DNA of 64,000 nucleotides from an uncultured Gammaproteobacteria bacterium (GCA_963764725.1 CAVXTM010000018.1:384001-448000), one strand, 5' to 3'. Shown: positions 49,377 through 60,832, counted from the first letter of the stretch. Made by a program: numbers and translations. The notes: generated by a model not told the origin, from the sequence alone.

Positions 49377-51227
49377 ATGACGATAACACACGACGGAGCA
49401 AAGAGGACAAAAAACAAACGGCTTTTGCAATGGGTGGACGAGATTGCCGGCCTTTGCAATCCCGATCGCATCTATTGGTGTGATGGTTCCCAGAAGGAAT
49501 ACGATCGCTTATGCGAAGAGATGGTGCAAAAAGGAACCTTTATCCGCTTAAACCCGAAGAAGAGACCGAATAGCTTTCTCGCGCGTTCTCACCCGACCGA
49601 TGTTGCGCGCGTCGAGGACCGAACCTACATCTGCAGCGAAAAGCAGGAAAACGCCGGCCCCACGAATAACTGGATGGAGCCGCAAAAGATGCGGGGCATA
49701 CTCCGCGAATTATTCGAGGGCTGTATGCGCGGCCGCACGATGTATGTGATTCCCTTCAGCATGGGACCCATAGGTTCGCACATCTCCCATATCGGGGTTG
49801 AGATCAGCGATTCCGCCTATGTCGCGGTGAATCAGCGCATCATGACTCGCATGGGACAGACCGCTCTCGATGTGTTGGGGCCAGACGGCCACTTCGTGCC
49901 GTGCGTGCATTCGATCGGCGCACCCTTGCAGCCGCATCAGGAAGACACAGTGTGGCCGTGCAACGACACCAAATACATCACGCACTTTCCCGAAACGCGC
50001 GAAATCTGGTCATTCGGGAGCGGCTACGGCGGAAATGCCTTACTCGGTAAGAAGTGTTTCGCGCTGCGAATCGCATCGGTGATGGCGCGCGACCAAGGCT
50101 GGCTGGCCGAGCACATGCTGATCCTCGGCGTCGAATCCCCGGCCGGCGAGAAGACCTACGTGTCGGCAGCCTTTCCGAGCGCCTGTGGTAAGACAAACTT
50201 TGCGATGCTGATCCCGCCTAAGGCTTTGGATGGATGGAAAGTGACGACCATCGGGGATGATATCGCGTGGATCAAACCCGGGGCGGACGGCCGCTTTTAT
50301 GCCATTAATCCCGAAGCGGGGTATTTCGGCGTGGCGCCCGGCACGAACATGGATTCGAATCCCAATGCCATGTTAACCCTGAAAGAGAACTGCATTTACA
50401 GTAACGTCGCGCTGACCGACAACGGCGACGTTTGGTGGGAAGGGATGACGAAGGAGCCGCCCGCGCATCTCATCGATTGGAAAGGAAACGACTGGACACC
50501 CGGTAGCGGCACGCCGGCGGCGCATCCGAACGCGCGCTTCACGGCACCGGCCCATCAGTGCCCGTCGATCGATCCGAGTTGGGAGGACCCGAACGGCGTA
50601 CCCATCAGCGCCTTCATCTTCGGCGGGCGTATTAGTAAGAACTTCCCTCTGGTTCTGCAAGCATACGACTGGGAACATGGGGTCTATCTCGCGGCGACCA
50701 TGGGGTCGGAAGCGACCGCCGCCGCGGTAGGCCAGGCCGGGATGCGGCGCGATCCGATGGCGATGCTCCCGTTCTGCGGTTACAACATGGCGGATTACTG
50801 GAAGCATTGGCTGCGTATTGGCCGTCAGCGCGTCGCCACCCCGCCCTTGGTGTTCCGTGTCAACTGGTTCCGTAAAGATGACAAGGGCAAGTTCATCTGG
50901 CCGGGCTACGGTGAAAACATGCGCGCGCTGAAATGGGTGGTCGACCGCTGCCACGGGCGGGCGCGGGGCGTCGAGAGCCCCCTCGGGTGGGTGCCGCCGT
51001 TCGAGGAATTGGTCTTGGACGGTATCGAGTTTTCAAAGGATCGGTTCTACGAGATCATGAACATCGACCGGGAACGGGCGCGGCAGGAAGCGAACGATCA
51101 AGAGGAGCTGTTCACGCGTTTCGGAGATCATCTCCCGCGCGAAATGGAAATCGAGAGAGAGTTACTGCTATCGCGCCTCTATCACTCACCTACCGTTTGG
51201 GATTTGAGCTTCGCTAGCGCTACATAA
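49377..51227 (+). CDS. pckG: Phosphoenolpyruvate carboxykinase (GTP)
   Basis: [35 protein letters not shown] and HPNARF. Confidence 0.96.
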   Translation: MTITHDGAKRTKNKRLLQWVDEIAGLCNPDRIYWCDGSQKEYDRLCEEMVQKGTFIRLNPKKRPNSFLARSHPTDVARVEDRTYICSEKQENAGPTNNWMEPQKMRGILRELFEGCMRGRTMYVIPFSMGPIGSHISHIGVEISDSAYVAVNQRIMTRMGQTALDVLGPDGHFVPCVHSIGAPLQPHQEDTVWPCNDTKYITHFPETREIWSFGSGYGGNALLGKKCFALRIASVMARDQGWLAEHMLILGVESPAGEKTYVSAAFPSACGKTNFAMLIPPKALDGWKVTTIGDDIAWIKPGADGRFYAINPEAGYFGVAPGTNMDSNPNAMLTLKENCIYSNVALTDNGDVWWEGMTKEPPAHLIDWKGNDWTPGSGTPAAHPNARFTAPAHQCPSIDPSWEDPNGVPISAFIFGGRISKNFPLVLQAYDWEHGVYLAATMGSEATAAAVGQAGMRRDPMAMLPFCGYNMADYWKHWLRIGRQRVATPPLVFRVNWFRKDDKGKFIWPGYGENMRALKWVVDRCHGRARGVESPLGWVPPFEELVLDGIEFSKDRFYEIMNIDRERARQEANDQEELFTRFGDHLPREMEIERELLLSRLYHSPTVWDLSFASAT

Positions 51228-51283
51228 TAGGACGGACATCAGCAAGGCGCCCCAGAGGCCGCGCCTTTGGCTTCGGCGGGGCT

Positions 51284-52231
51284 TTACGCGGTTAACCGCC
51301 GGCCGTTGACCGCGATGTCGGTTCCAGTGATATACCCGCTCGTGTCCGCCGCGAGAAAGTCGACCACGGCGGCGATCTCATCAGGCTCACCCCATCGCCC
51401 CTTGGCTAGCTTCGCCTTAATCGCTTTGCGGATTTCATCCGGGATTTCCGCCACCATGCCGGTCGCGCCATGTCCGGGTGATACGGCATTAACGGTGATC
51501 CCCTGATCCCCTAGCTCCCGAGCCAGAGATTTGGTAAAACCCAGCATACCCGCCTTGGCGGCCGCAATGTCGGTTTGCCCAAATTGCCCTGGAGGCCCGT
51601 TAACCGAGGAGATATTGATTATCCGGCCGAAGTGCCGTTCCTCCATCGCCGCGATCACAGTACGCGTAACATTGAATACGCTGTCGAGATAGGTATCCAG
51701 AACTGTCTGCCAGTTCTCGTGTTTACTGTCGTTGCGGGTGATGCCGACGCAGTTGACCAAGATATCGACGTGACCGTAGCGACCTTCGATCCAGCTCGCC
51801 ATACTGGCGCAATCATCGCATCGCGCGACATCACACGCGACGATACCAAGTTCATAGCCGCCCCTACGTCTCGCCGCTTGCCATTGGCGCGCGGCAGCCG
51901 ATTCGTGACGAGGATACGTGGCGATGACTAAGAAACCCGCATCCGCGAGCCGCAGACAAATCGCCGTTCCGATGTTTCCAGTTCCGCCGGTGACTAAAGC
52001 TACTCGCCCGCCGTGCTGCAACCGGTGGTACGGGCGCAACTGCGTCCAGGCGTGGCGCAGCCCCGCGGCAGCCGCGGAAACGCTCCGATTCCACTCGTCC
52101 CGCTGACGTGTTGCTAAAGCATCGAGGGATTGCCCGAACGCCGTGGCGACCTGGACGCTCGAGGTGAACGCCCTGGTCCAGGCACGGCTCCATACTTCCA
52201 GAACTTTGAGTGACATCGTGTCGAGAAACAT
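51284..52231 (-). CDS. PhaB-like SDR lacking the catalytic Tyr and Asn, fused to an N-terminal phasin-like segment
   Basis: TGGTGNIG and INISSVNG are intact, but YxxxK reads DIAAAK and TNL reads TYL; about 75-aa N-terminal extension; GGAGG RBS. Confidence 0.85.
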   Translation of the reverse strand: MFLDTMSLKVLEVWSRAWTRAFTSSVQVATAFGQSLDALATRQRDEWNRSVSAAAAGLRHAWTQLRPYHRLQHGGRVALVTGGTGNIGTAICLRLADAGFLVIATYPRHESAAARQWQAARRRGGYELGIVACDVARCDDCASMASWIEGRYGHVDILVNCVGITRNDSKHENWQTVLDTYLDSVFNVTRTVIAAMEERHFGRIINISSVNGPPGQFGQTDIAAAKAGMLGFTKSLARELGDQGITVNAVSPGHGATGMVAEIPDEIRKAIKAKLAKGRWGEPDEIAAVVDFLAADTSGYITGTDIAVNGRRLTA

Positions 52232-52292
52232 AGTGGTAACGCCTCCCGATTTTTCGTTAGTTTTCTGCGTCGATGGTTGAGCTTGAGGTTGA

Positions 52293-52826
52293 TTATTCTT
52301 GCTTCTTACCCGCCTCGCCTTCGCTCTCAGTGGGATTAGTCATGCCGGCGGCCCGGAACAAGCTGTCTTGCATTTTCTTGAAGACGTCCAGGTTTCGTTG
52401 GGTGATCTCTGTCAAGGCCGTGAGGGGATTGTTTTTAACAGCGTCGCTAATCTGCGTGTGGAATAGCTTCTGCTGTTCGGTAAACATCCCTAAGCTGCGT
52501 TCGATAAAATTGCCCGCTAAGCCTTGGACCGCGTCGCCGTAGAAACGGATAATTCGGAGGAGAGCATGGGTGGTGAACAACGGTTCCCCGTGGCCCTCTT
52601 CTTCGGTGATGATCTGCAGCAAGATGCTCCGGGTAATGTCTTCGCCGGTTTTTTGGTCGGTGACATAGAATTCAATTCCGGCCAACACTAGGGTCCGCAC
52701 ATCCGCGAGGGTGATGTACTTACTCTCGAAGGTGTCGTACAGGCGGCGATTCGGGTACTTTTTGATGACACGCTTGTCACCCGTCGCGGCACCCGTATCG
52801 CCGATGGAATTTGGATGCGTCGCCAT
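52293..52826 (-). CDS. phaR: PHA synthesis repressor
   Basis: IKKYPNRRLYDT...GEDITRSILLQII; start overlaps the phaB stop (TGATG). Confidence 0.95.
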   Translation of the reverse strand: MATHPNSIGDTGAATGDKRVIKKYPNRRLYDTFESKYITLADVRTLVLAGIEFYVTDQKTGEDITRSILLQIITEEEGHGEPLFTTHALLRIIRFYGDAVQGLAGNFIERSLGMFTEQQKLFHTQISDAVKNNPLTALTEITQRNLDVFKKMQDSLFRAAGMTNPTESEGEAGKKQE

Positions 52827-53575
52827 CACATCATGTGCTGCCCGCCGTTGATGGAGAGATCGGCGCCGGTAATAAAACCGGCGCGGTCGGACACCAGAAA
52901 ATCGACTAAGTAAGCCACTTCTTCGGAAGTTCCTAAACGTCCCACGGGGATCTGGGCGATTATTTGATTGCGAATATTTTCCGGGACGGCCATCACCATC
53001 TCGGTGGCGATATATCCAGGTGAGACCGTGTTCACCGTGATCGCCTTGCGCGCGACTTCTTGCGCCAAGGACATGGTGAAACCGTGCATGCCGGCCTTGG
53101 ACGCCGTGTAGTTGCTTTGCCCGATCTGACCTTTCTGGCCGTTGATGGACGAGATATTGATGATCCGCCCGTGGCCACGGTCGATCATCCCCGAAATGAC
53201 GTGCCGCGTGACATTGAAGACACTGTCGAGGTTGGTCCGCAGGACCGTGTCCCATTGCTCTTTGCTCATCTTGCGTAGCGTCACATCCAGCGTGATGCCC
53301 GCGTTATTGACGAGGATATCGATGGGGCCCGGGTCTTTTTCGATCTCGCCGATCATCCAACCGCAGGCGTCGAAGTCCGTCACATCGACACGGTAGGCCT
53401 TAAAATCGTAGCCTTCGGCGCGCATCTCCGTCAACCACTTTTGGGCCTTTTGTTCATTGCGGTAATTGGTCGCGACCTTGGCGCCGGACACCGCAAGTTG
53501 TTTGCATATGGCCGCGCCGATCCCGCTCGTTCCCCCCGTGATCAGCGCTACGCGTCCGCTGAGATCTTTCGTCAT
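52826..53575 (-). CDS. phaB: Acetoacetyl-CoA reductase
   Basis: [28 protein letters not shown] and NYTASK. Confidence 0.95.
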   Translation of the reverse strand: MTKDLSGRVALITGGTSGIGAAICKQLAVSGAKVATNYRNEQKAQKWLTEMRAEGYDFKAYRVDVTDFDACGWMIGEIEKDPGPIDILVNNAGITLDVTLRKMSKEQWDTVLRTNLDSVFNVTRHVISGMIDRGHGRIINISSINGQKGQIGQSNYTASKAGMHGFTMSLAQEVARKAITVNTVSPGYIATEMVMAVPENIRNQIIAQIPVGRLGTSEEVAYLVDFLVSDRAGFITGADLSINGGQHMM

Positions 53576-53588
53576 TGGTCTTTCTCTT

Positions 53589-54770
53589 TCAACGCTCCAC
53601 CGCTAGAGCAACGCCTTGGCCACCGCCGATGCATAAGGTCGCAAGGCCCTTGCGCACATCGCGTCGGATCATCTCGTACACCAAAGAAACCAAGACACGC
53701 GCCCCGGAGGCACCGATGGGGTGGCCGAGCGCAATCGCGCCGCCGTTGACGTTCACTTTGGCGACATCCCAACCGATATCCCGGTTCACCGAAAGCGCCT
53801 GGGCCGCAAAGGCCTCGTTCGCCTCGATAAGATCGAGATCCTGAACCTTCCATCCGGCTTTCCGCAAGCACCGTTGCGTCGCGGGCGTCGGACCTGTCCC
53901 CATTATGGCAGGATCGACGCCGGCCGTGGCATAAGCAACAATTCGCGCCAGCGGTGACAGACCCAGGGCCTTGGCCTTGCTTTCGGTGGTGATAATCACG
54001 CCGGCCGCGCCGTCATTGATTCCGGAAGCATTGCCTGCCGTGACCGAGCCCTCCCGGTCGAAGGCGGGTTTCAGTTTGCCCAGGGCTTCGGCAGTCGTGC
54101 CGTGACGGGGAAACTCATCGGTATCGAAGATGATCGGGTTGCCTTTCTTTTGCGGAATTTCGACGGGGATGATTTCCTTCGCGAAACGCCCCGCCTTCTG
54201 AGCGGCCTCCGCCTTTTGCTGCGAGAGCGCCGCGAACGCGTCCTGTTCCTCGCGCGAGATACCGTACTTCTTAACGATGTTTTCGGCGGTCATGCCCATG
54301 TGATAATCATTAAAAACATCCCATAAGCCGTCGTTGATCATCGTATCGACTAACGTCCATTCGCCCATCTTCTTGCCGGTGCGTGAGGCGGGGAGCACGT
54401 GCGGCGTTAGACTCATATTTTCTTGACCCCCGGCCACCACTAGCTCGGCATCACCGGCGCGAATCGATTGCGCGGCCAAAGCCACCGCTTTGAGCCCGCT
54501 GCCGCATACCTTGTTGATGGTCATACACGGCACCGAGTGCGGCAGACCCGCGCCCAGTGCCGCCTGCCGCGCCGGGTTCATGCCGACGCCCGCGGTCAGG
54601 ACCTGGCCTAAGATCACTTCCTCAATGTCCTCGGGCTTAATCCCGGTCTTGGACAAGAGCGCAGAGATGACCTTCGCGCCCAAGGTTGCCGCCGGAATAG
54701 TCGCGAGCGTTCCCCCAAAGGTTCCTATAGCCGTCCGACCGGCGGCCACGATAACTACGTTTTCAGCCAT
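53589..54770 (-). CDS. phaA: Acetyl-CoA acetyltransferase (biosynthetic thiolase)
   Basis: [22 protein letters not shown] and LCIGGGQG. Confidence 0.95.
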   Translation of the reverse strand: MAENVVIVAAGRTAIGTFGGTLATIPAATLGAKVISALLSKTGIKPEDIEEVILGQVLTAGVGMNPARQAALGAGLPHSVPCMTINKVCGSGLKAVALAAQSIRAGDAELVVAGGQENMSLTPHVLPASRTGKKMGEWTLVDTMINDGLWDVFNDYHMGMTAENIVKKYGISREEQDAFAALSQQKAEAAQKAGRFAKEIIPVEIPQKKGNPIIFDTDEFPRHGTTAEALGKLKPAFDREGSVTAGNASGINDGAAGVIITTESKAKALGLSPLARIVAYATAGVDPAIMGTGPTPATQRCLRKAGWKVQDLDLIEANEAFAAQALSVNRDIGWDVAKVNVNGGAIALGHPIGASGARVLVSLVYEMIRRDVRKGLATLCIGGGQGVALAVER

Positions 54771-54925
54771 TTAGTTCTCCGCACTGACACCGCGTTCGCG
54801 GTACTGACCCAACGATATTACTAGAACGCTTCAAGCAGCGGCGAGGCTCGAACGAGGCGCATGCGTACAGCTAATTTACACCTTACCTTAGAGCCTGCTG
54901 TCTATCCGGTAAACACGAGGATCGC

Positions 54926-54938
54926 TGCGATGCAATAA
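54926..54938. promoter_or_regulatory. Candidate PhaR operator upstream of phaA
   Basis: TGCGATGCAATAA. Confidence 0.6.
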
Positions 54939-55006
54939 GAAGCGTAACAAAGTACGCTCGCAGAATCTAGAGGGTGGGCCACTTGCAACACGCGGACGCG
55001 TATCGA

Positions 55007-56425
55007 TTATAGATTGATCGTGCGGTTATCCACTGCGAGCGCGGCTTCGTGCATGGCTTCCGCGAGCGTCGGATGGGCGTGGATCGCACGCGCCAGATCT
55101 TCGGTGCTGGCACCGAATTCCATCGCGATCACCGCCTCACTGATTAGTTCCGAGGCGTTCGGGCCGAAGATATGCACCCCAAGCAAAGCATCGCTTTCGG
55201 CATCGCCCAGGATTTTGACGAGTCCCGCAGTCTCGCCCATGGCACGAGCCCGTCCGCTCGCTAGGAACGGAAATACTCCGCGCCGAAACGGTGTGCCATT
55301 CAACTTTAACGACTGCTCTGTTTGACCCACCCAGGCTACCTCCGGCCAGGTATAAATGATCGATGGGATACAAGCGTAATTCACCTCGGTAGCGTGACCC
55401 GCTATGGTTTCCACCACCGCCATACCCTCCTCGGAGGCTTTATGGGCCAGCATCGGGCCGCCAATGACATCGCCGATGGCAAACACGTCGCTCAGGGTTG
55501 TACGGCACCCATCATCGACCTCGACGAAGCCACGCTCATCGAGATTAATCCCGCATTCTGCGAGACCGAGCCCGTCGGTATTCGGGCGCCGTCCGACCGC
55601 GACGATCAGTCTGTCCACGGCCAGATCGTGTTGCACTTGGTCCCTCTGGTACGCAACGCGAAGGTCAGTCCCGTTCACGGTCACACCGGTCACGGCACAG
55701 CCTAACCGGATCGCCAAATCTTGCCGCGCCAGTTCTTTCGCGGTGGCCTGCGCGATCTCGAAATCCGCACCCGGCAGAAACTCGCTCAATGCCTCCAATA
55801 TAATGACCTCTGAGCCAAGACGCCGCCACACGCTTCCAAGCTCAAGCCCGATCGCGCCGGCGCCGATGATGCCCAAGCGTTTCGGGACTTCCGAAAATGC
55901 TAGCGCCGCCGTCGAATCGCAAATCAACCCGTTATCGATCTCGATGCCGGGCAGCGCGACGGGTACCGAACCGGTAGCGATGATGATATGCGAGGCCGTA
56001 ATCATGGACGCTTCGGCGCGCGTGCGACCGGTCACTGCCACGCGCATGTCGCCCATCAGGCGCGCCCGTCCCGCAAGCCACGTCACGTTATTTTTCTTAA
56101 AGAGCCCGGCGATGCCCTGGGTCAAGGTGCGTACGACTTTATCCTTGCGGAGCATCATCGACGGGAGGTCGAGGCTGAGCCCGCTCACGGCGATCCCGTG
56201 ATCCTTGGTGTGGCGGGCAATCGTCTCGTAGAGGTGGGAGGAATCCAAAAGCGCCTTGGAAGGAATACAGCCGACATTCAGGCACACACCGCCCAAGGCC
56301 GGTTTACCGGCAGCATCGACCCAAGAGTCGACGCAAGCGGTTGTAAAACCGAGTTGGGCGGCGCGGATAGCCGCGACATAACCGCCGGGCCCCCCACCTA
56401 CCACCACGACGTCGTAGCGGTCCAC
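55007..56425 (-). CDS. lpdA: Dihydrolipoyl dehydrogenase
   Basis: GGGPGG, GGVCLNVGCIPSK and HAHPTLAE. Confidence 0.96.
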   Translation of the reverse strand: MDRYDVVVVGGGPGGYVAAIRAAQLGFTTACVDSWVDAAGKPALGGVCLNVGCIPSKALLDSSHLYETIARHTKDHGIAVSGLSLDLPSMMLRKDKVVRTLTQGIAGLFKKNNVTWLAGRARLMGDMRVAVTGRTRAEASMITASHIIIATGSVPVALPGIEIDNGLICDSTAALAFSEVPKRLGIIGAGAIGLELGSVWRRLGSEVIILEALSEFLPGADFEIAQATAKELARQDLAIRLGCAVTGVTVNGTDLRVAYQRDQVQHDLAVDRLIVAVGRRPNTDGLGLAECGINLDERGFVEVDDGCRTTLSDVFAIGDVIGGPMLAHKASEEGMAVVETIAGHATEVNYACIPSIIYTWPEVAWVGQTEQSLKLNGTPFRRGVFPFLASGRARAMGETAGLVKILGDAESDALLGVHIFGPNASELISEAVIAMEFGASTEDLARAIHAHPTLAEAMHEAALAVDNRTINL

Positions 56426-56428
56426 GTC

Positions 56429-57652
56429 CTAGACCTCGATCAGGATGCGCGCCGGATCTTCGATGTGCTGTTTGATCGTGACCAGAAACTGCACGGCCTC
56501 GCGTCCGTCGATGATACGGTGATCGTAGGACAATGCGACGTACATCATCGGCCGAATCACCACCTGCCCCTCTTCCGCCACGGGCCGGTCTTGGATCCGG
56601 TGCATGCCGAGGATCGCGCTCTGGGGCGGGTTAATAATGGGCGTCGATAAGAGGGAACCGAACACACCTCCGTTGGTGATGGTGAAGGTGCCGCCGGTAA
56701 GCTCGTCGATGCCGAGCTTCGCATCCCGCGCCTTGTCGCCGAATTCCTTCACCGCGATTTCTACTTGCGCGAAGCCCAGACGGTCAACGTCGCGAAGCAC
56801 GGGGACCACGAGTCCACGCTCCGAGCTGACCGCGATCCCGAGGTCGTAGTAGTCATGGTACACGACATCGGAACCGTCGATGGAAGCATTGACAATCGGA
56901 AACTTTTTCAACGCCGACACCGCGGCCTTGCAGAAAAAGCCCATGAACCCCAGGCGCGCACCATGGCGCGACTCGAACGCCGAGCGATAACGCTCCCGCA
57001 GCACCATGACCGGCTGCATGTTGATTTCATTGAACGTGGTCAGGATCGCGTTCTCGCGTTGCGCTGCCAAGAGGCGCTCGGCAACGCGCAAACGCAAGCG
57101 ACTCATGGCGACGCGCTTCGTGGGACGCTGACCCGTGTCGGGGTCCGCCGATGCATCTTTCTGCTGCGCCGGCACTGTAACCAGACCGGTATCTTTGGCC
57201 TCAATATAAGTCAGCACGTCTTGCTTGGTGATCCGGCCGCTTTTCCCGCGCGCCGGAATGGTTTTAGGATCGAGGGCGTGCTCCGTGACCAACCTGCGGA
57301 CGGCCGGGCTGAGCGACGTCACGTCCTCGGAAGGCGCCTCCTCGCTCACGCGCCTAGGCACGGCAGCCGGTTTGGGCGTGCTGAGCTCGTTATCCGCGGG
57401 CTGCTCGACCTGGGGAGAGGTATCGATGACCGCCAACACTTCTTGACTCAATGCCGTCTCACCTGCTTTTTTGTGGATCTCCTTGAGCATTCCCGCTTCC
57501 GGGGCGGTGATCTCCAATGTCACCTTGTCCGTCTCAAGATCGGTTAGGTGCTCGCCCCGGCCGATCCGATCGCCCGGTTGCTTATGCCACTCGATCACAC
57601 GCGCATCGGCAATCGATTCGGCCAGTACTGGAACCTTGACCTCTAGGAGCAT
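56429..57652 (-). CDS. sucB: 2-oxoglutarate dehydrogenase E2
   Basis: Lipoyl motif [13 protein letters not shown] and DHRIIDG. Confidence 0.96.
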   Translation of the reverse strand: MLLEVKVPVLAESIADARVIEWHKQPGDRIGRGEHLTDLETDKVTLEITAPEAGMLKEIHKKAGETALSQEVLAVIDTSPQVEQPADNELSTPKPAAVPRRVSEEAPSEDVTSLSPAVRRLVTEHALDPKTIPARGKSGRITKQDVLTYIEAKDTGLVTVPAQQKDASADPDTGQRPTKRVAMSRLRLRVAERLLAAQRENAILTTFNEINMQPVMVLRERYRSAFESRHGARLGFMGFFCKAAVSALKKFPIVNASIDGSDVVYHDYYDLGIAVSSERGLVVPVLRDVDRLGFAQVEIAVKEFGDKARDAKLGIDELTGGTFTITNGGVFGSLLSTPIINPPQSAILGMHRIQDRPVAEEGQVVIRPMMYVALSYDHRIIDGREAVQFLVTIKQHIEDPARILIEV

Positions 57653-57664
57653 GGGGTTGATGCT

Positions 57665-60478
57665 TTACGCGGTCTTCTGCTGCGCCGCGACACCCTGATT
57701 CAACTTCAAGGCTTCGCTGACCAAGGCCTGCTGCTGCTCGATGTGTTTCGAGCTATAACCCACCGCCGGCGACGCGGAGTACGGGCGCGCCACGAGCCTC
57801 AGTTGCTGCGGTTCGTGCAAGCGGCCGAAGAGATGCAGGCGTGACAGCAGATAGAACCAGGCTCCTTGGTTGCGCGGCTCTTCCTGCACCCAAATGATTT
57901 CGAGCGCGTTCGGATAACGTGCCAGCACGGCGTCCATTCCTTGGGTTGGAAACGGATACAATTGCTCTAGTCGGACGATCGCAATGTCTTTGATTTTGTT
58001 CGCGCGCCGGGCTTCCAAGAGATCAAAATAAATCTTTCCGCCACAGATCAGCACACGATCTACCGCCCGCCCATCGATGGGATCGATCTCGTCGATAACA
58101 ACCTGAAAGCCACCTTCGGTGATATCCGACAGGGTCGAAGTCGAGAGCTTATGCCTGAGCAGGCTTTTTGGGCTCATGACGACCAAGGGCTTCTTGTAGG
58201 GGCGGCGCGCCTGCCTTCTTAACATATGAAACATCTGCGCGGGCGTGCTCGGAACGCATACCTGTATATTTTCCTCGGCGCAGAGCTGTAAGTACCGTTC
58301 GAGGCGTGCCGAGGAATGCTCGGGGCCCTGTCCATCATATCCATGGGGCAACAACATGACTAGGCCGCTGTAACGGCTCCATTTGGACTCGCAGGAAGTG
58401 ATAAATTGATCGATGACGACTTGAGCCCCATTGGCGAAATCGCCGAATTGCGCCTCCCAGATCACCAAGGCATCGGGTTCCGAACTGCTGTACCCGTATT
58501 CGAAGCCCAAAACCGCCTCTTCGGACAAGATCGAATTGATCACCATGAATCGCGCCTGATCCCCTTTGACATGGTGCAGGGGGACGTAGCCTTCACCGCT
58601 GCTTTGATCGTGCAAGACCGCATGCCGGTGAAAAAACGTCCCGCGCTCGCTGTCCTGCCCCGCGAGCCGGATGGGATAACCTTCATCGACTAAACTGGCA
58701 TAAGCGAGGGTTTCCGCGTATCCCCAGTCGATCGGCGCATGCCCCTGCCCCATCTGGCGGCGTTGCTCGATGATGCGCTCTACACTGCGGTGCAACTGGA
58801 TATCCTTGGGGATGCTCGTGAAGCGTTGGCTCAACGCCTGAACGCGTTCCAGCGCAAGCGCGGTTTCACAAGGCATATCCCAATGGGTGCCGTGGTATGC
58901 TGTGAAACTGACTCTAAGTTCGTTCCTGATGTCGTACACGACCGGTCCCGCAACGATCTGATCGCCTTCAAGCGAATCGATGTAAGACCGGGCCATCGAC
59001 TCCGCTTCGTTTTCTTGGATGAGACCTTCCTGTTGCAGCTTTTCCGAATAGATCCTGACGACGCTAGGATGCTGCCGGATCTTTTGGTACATGATGGGCT
59101 GAGTCGCCATGGGCTCGTCGGCTTCGCTATGGCCATGCCTGCGGTAGCAGACCAAATCGATGACAATGTCTTTGTTGAATTCCATTCGGTAATCAAGCGC
59201 CAGCCGCGCGAGCATTACGACGGCTTCGGGATCATCGCCGTTAACATGTAAGATCGGCGCTTGGACCATCTTCGCCACGTCGGTGCAATACAAGGTTGAG
59301 CGCGCATCCAGCGGATCGCTGGTAGTGAAGCCGATTTGGTTATTGATGATGATGTGAATGGTGCCGCCCGTGGCATATCCGCGCGTCTGCGACAGGTTGA
59401 GCGTCTCCATCACCACCCCTTGCCCGGCAAACGCCGCATCCCCGTGCATCAGGATAGGCAATACCGTGTCCCGGTTTCTATCGCGGCGCCGGTCTTGGCG
59501 TGCTCGTACCGATCCTTGAACGACCGGGTTGATGATTTCCAAATGCGAGGGATTAAACGCGAGCGTCAGGTGAACCGGCCCCCCCGGAGTGGCGATATCG
59601 GAGGAGTAGCCCAGATGGTATTTAACATCACCCGAACCGGCGGCGTTCCCGCCCTTGCCTTCGAACTCCTCGAAGAGTTCCGCCGGATGTTTGCCGACAA
59701 TGTTGACCAGCACGTTTATTCGGCCACGATGCGCCATCCCGATGACGACTTCCTTGATCCCGCCCTCGCCGCCGCTCCGTACCAATTCGTCGAGTAAGGG
59801 GATCGCACTTTCGCCGCCCTCCAGGGAGAAGCGTTTCTGTCCTACGTATTTTCGGTGCAGATATTCTTCCAGCGTGGTGGCAGCCACCAGCCGTTCCAGG
59901 ATCCGCCGCTTTTTTGGCGGGTCGAAACCGGGCGTGGCACAGTCCAGTTCCAAGCGTTGCTGAAGCCAGCGTTTTTGATTGGTGGCGTTAATATGCATGT
60001 ATTCGGCGCCGATCGTGCGGCAGTACGTTGTCCGGACCCGACGTAGGATTTCGCCTAAGGCGGCATACTCGGCGCCAAAAAACGATCCCGTGCTATAGCT
60101 AACGCCGAAGTCGCGTTCGCTCAGCCCATGAAAGGCGGGATCGAGCTCGGCGACGATCGGACGCTCGATTTGGCGCAAGGGATCGAGATCGGCTTGCCGG
60201 TGGCCTCGAAACCGGTAAGCGTTAATGAGTTGTAAGACCGCGATTTGTTTTTGGATCCGGGCTTCGAGACCGGCGTCGGATAAGGATTCGGTCCGCTCCG
60301 GCGCCAGCGCAGACCCATCGCCTCCCGGCGCTGCTTGCTCGGCGCCAGGCGCTAGGTCTTCGAATACCGACCGCCAATGCGCATCGACCGTTTGCGGACT
60401 GCGTACGAATTGCTCATACAACGAGTCAATAAACTCGGCGTTTCCGCTATGTAATGCCGTAGCTCTGCGCAGCTTCAT
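57665..60478 (-). CDS. sucA: 2-oxoglutarate dehydrogenase E1
   Basis: KRFSLEG, GMAHRGR, HGDAAFAGQG, WEAQFGDF and GPEHSS. Confidence 0.97.
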   Translation of the reverse strand: MKLRRATALHSGNAEFIDSLYEQFVRSPQTVDAHWRSVFEDLAPGAEQAAPGGDGSALAPERTESLSDAGLEARIQKQIAVLQLINAYRFRGHRQADLDPLRQIERPIVAELDPAFHGLSERDFGVSYSTGSFFGAEYAALGEILRRVRTTYCRTIGAEYMHINATNQKRWLQQRLELDCATPGFDPPKKRRILERLVAATTLEEYLHRKYVGQKRFSLEGGESAIPLLDELVRSGGEGGIKEVVIGMAHRGRINVLVNIVGKHPAELFEEFEGKGGNAAGSGDVKYHLGYSSDIATPGGPVHLTLAFNPSHLEIINPVVQGSVRARQDRRRDRNRDTVLPILMHGDAAFAGQGVVMETLNLSQTRGYATGGTIHIIINNQIGFTTSDPLDARSTLYCTDVAKMVQAPILHVNGDDPEAVVMLARLALDYRMEFNKDIVIDLVCYRRHGHSEADEPMATQPIMYQKIRQHPSVVRIYSEKLQQEGLIQENEAESMARSYIDSLEGDQIVAGPVVYDIRNELRVSFTAYHGTHWDMPCETALALERVQALSQRFTSIPKDIQLHRSVERIIEQRRQMGQGHAPIDWGYAETLAYASLVDEGYPIRLAGQDSERGTFFHRHAVLHDQSSGEGYVPLHHVKGDQARFMVINSILSEEAVLGFEYGYSSSEPDALVIWEAQFGDFANGAQVVIDQFITSCESKWSRYSGLVMLLPHGYDGQGPEHSSARLERYLQLCAEENIQVCVPSTPAQMFHMLRRQARRPYKKPLVVMSPKSLLRHKLSTSTLSDITEGGFQVVIDEIDPIDGRAVDRVLICGGKIYFDLLEARRANKIKDIAIVRLEQLYPFPTQGMDAVLARYPNALEIIWVQEEPRNQGAWFYLLSRLHLFGRLHEPQQLRLVARPYSASPAVGYSSKHIEQQQALVSEALKLNQGVAAQQKTA

Positions 60479-60619
60479 GCCTTCTCAAGATTAAACGCAA
60501 TCCGTAACGAGTCGCGGCGGTTCCCTCATGTACGGGAATCGCCGTGCGCCGACGCGACACGATGATGACGGTAACGAAGCGGTCATGATATCGGGTCTCT
60601 TAATCACGGCAGCCTAATG

Positions 60620-60632
60620 TGCGCCGCAATAA
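60620..60632. promoter_or_regulatory. Candidate PhaR operator in the sucA/gltA divergent promoter region
   Basis: TGCGCCGCAATAA, with a weaker TGCGCCGCG at 60716. Confidence 0.5.
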
Positions 60633-60832
60633 TACCCAATAGCTAAGGATGGGCCAAGAGTTTTAGCCTATGCCATGATCCGGTCCGGCCGCGGCGGCGC
60701 AAAGATGCTACTTGCTGCGCCGCGAAAAATAACGTTATGCTTACCCCTCCCAGAGGGAGGTACTGAGGTATAAGGCTTATGGTGAAACCCGGAAACGCCG
60801 CGAATACACGACCGCCGCCCAAGGATAATTCG

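Noticed and set aside
52827-53255. Apparent long N-terminal extension of PhaR (ORF 52293-53255)
   Set aside because: It overlaps phaB in another frame; the TGATG coupling at 52826 gives the natural start.
55988-57547. Long plus-strand ORFs opposite lpdA and sucB
   Set aside because: Antisense shadows of well-conserved genes, caused by codon bias.
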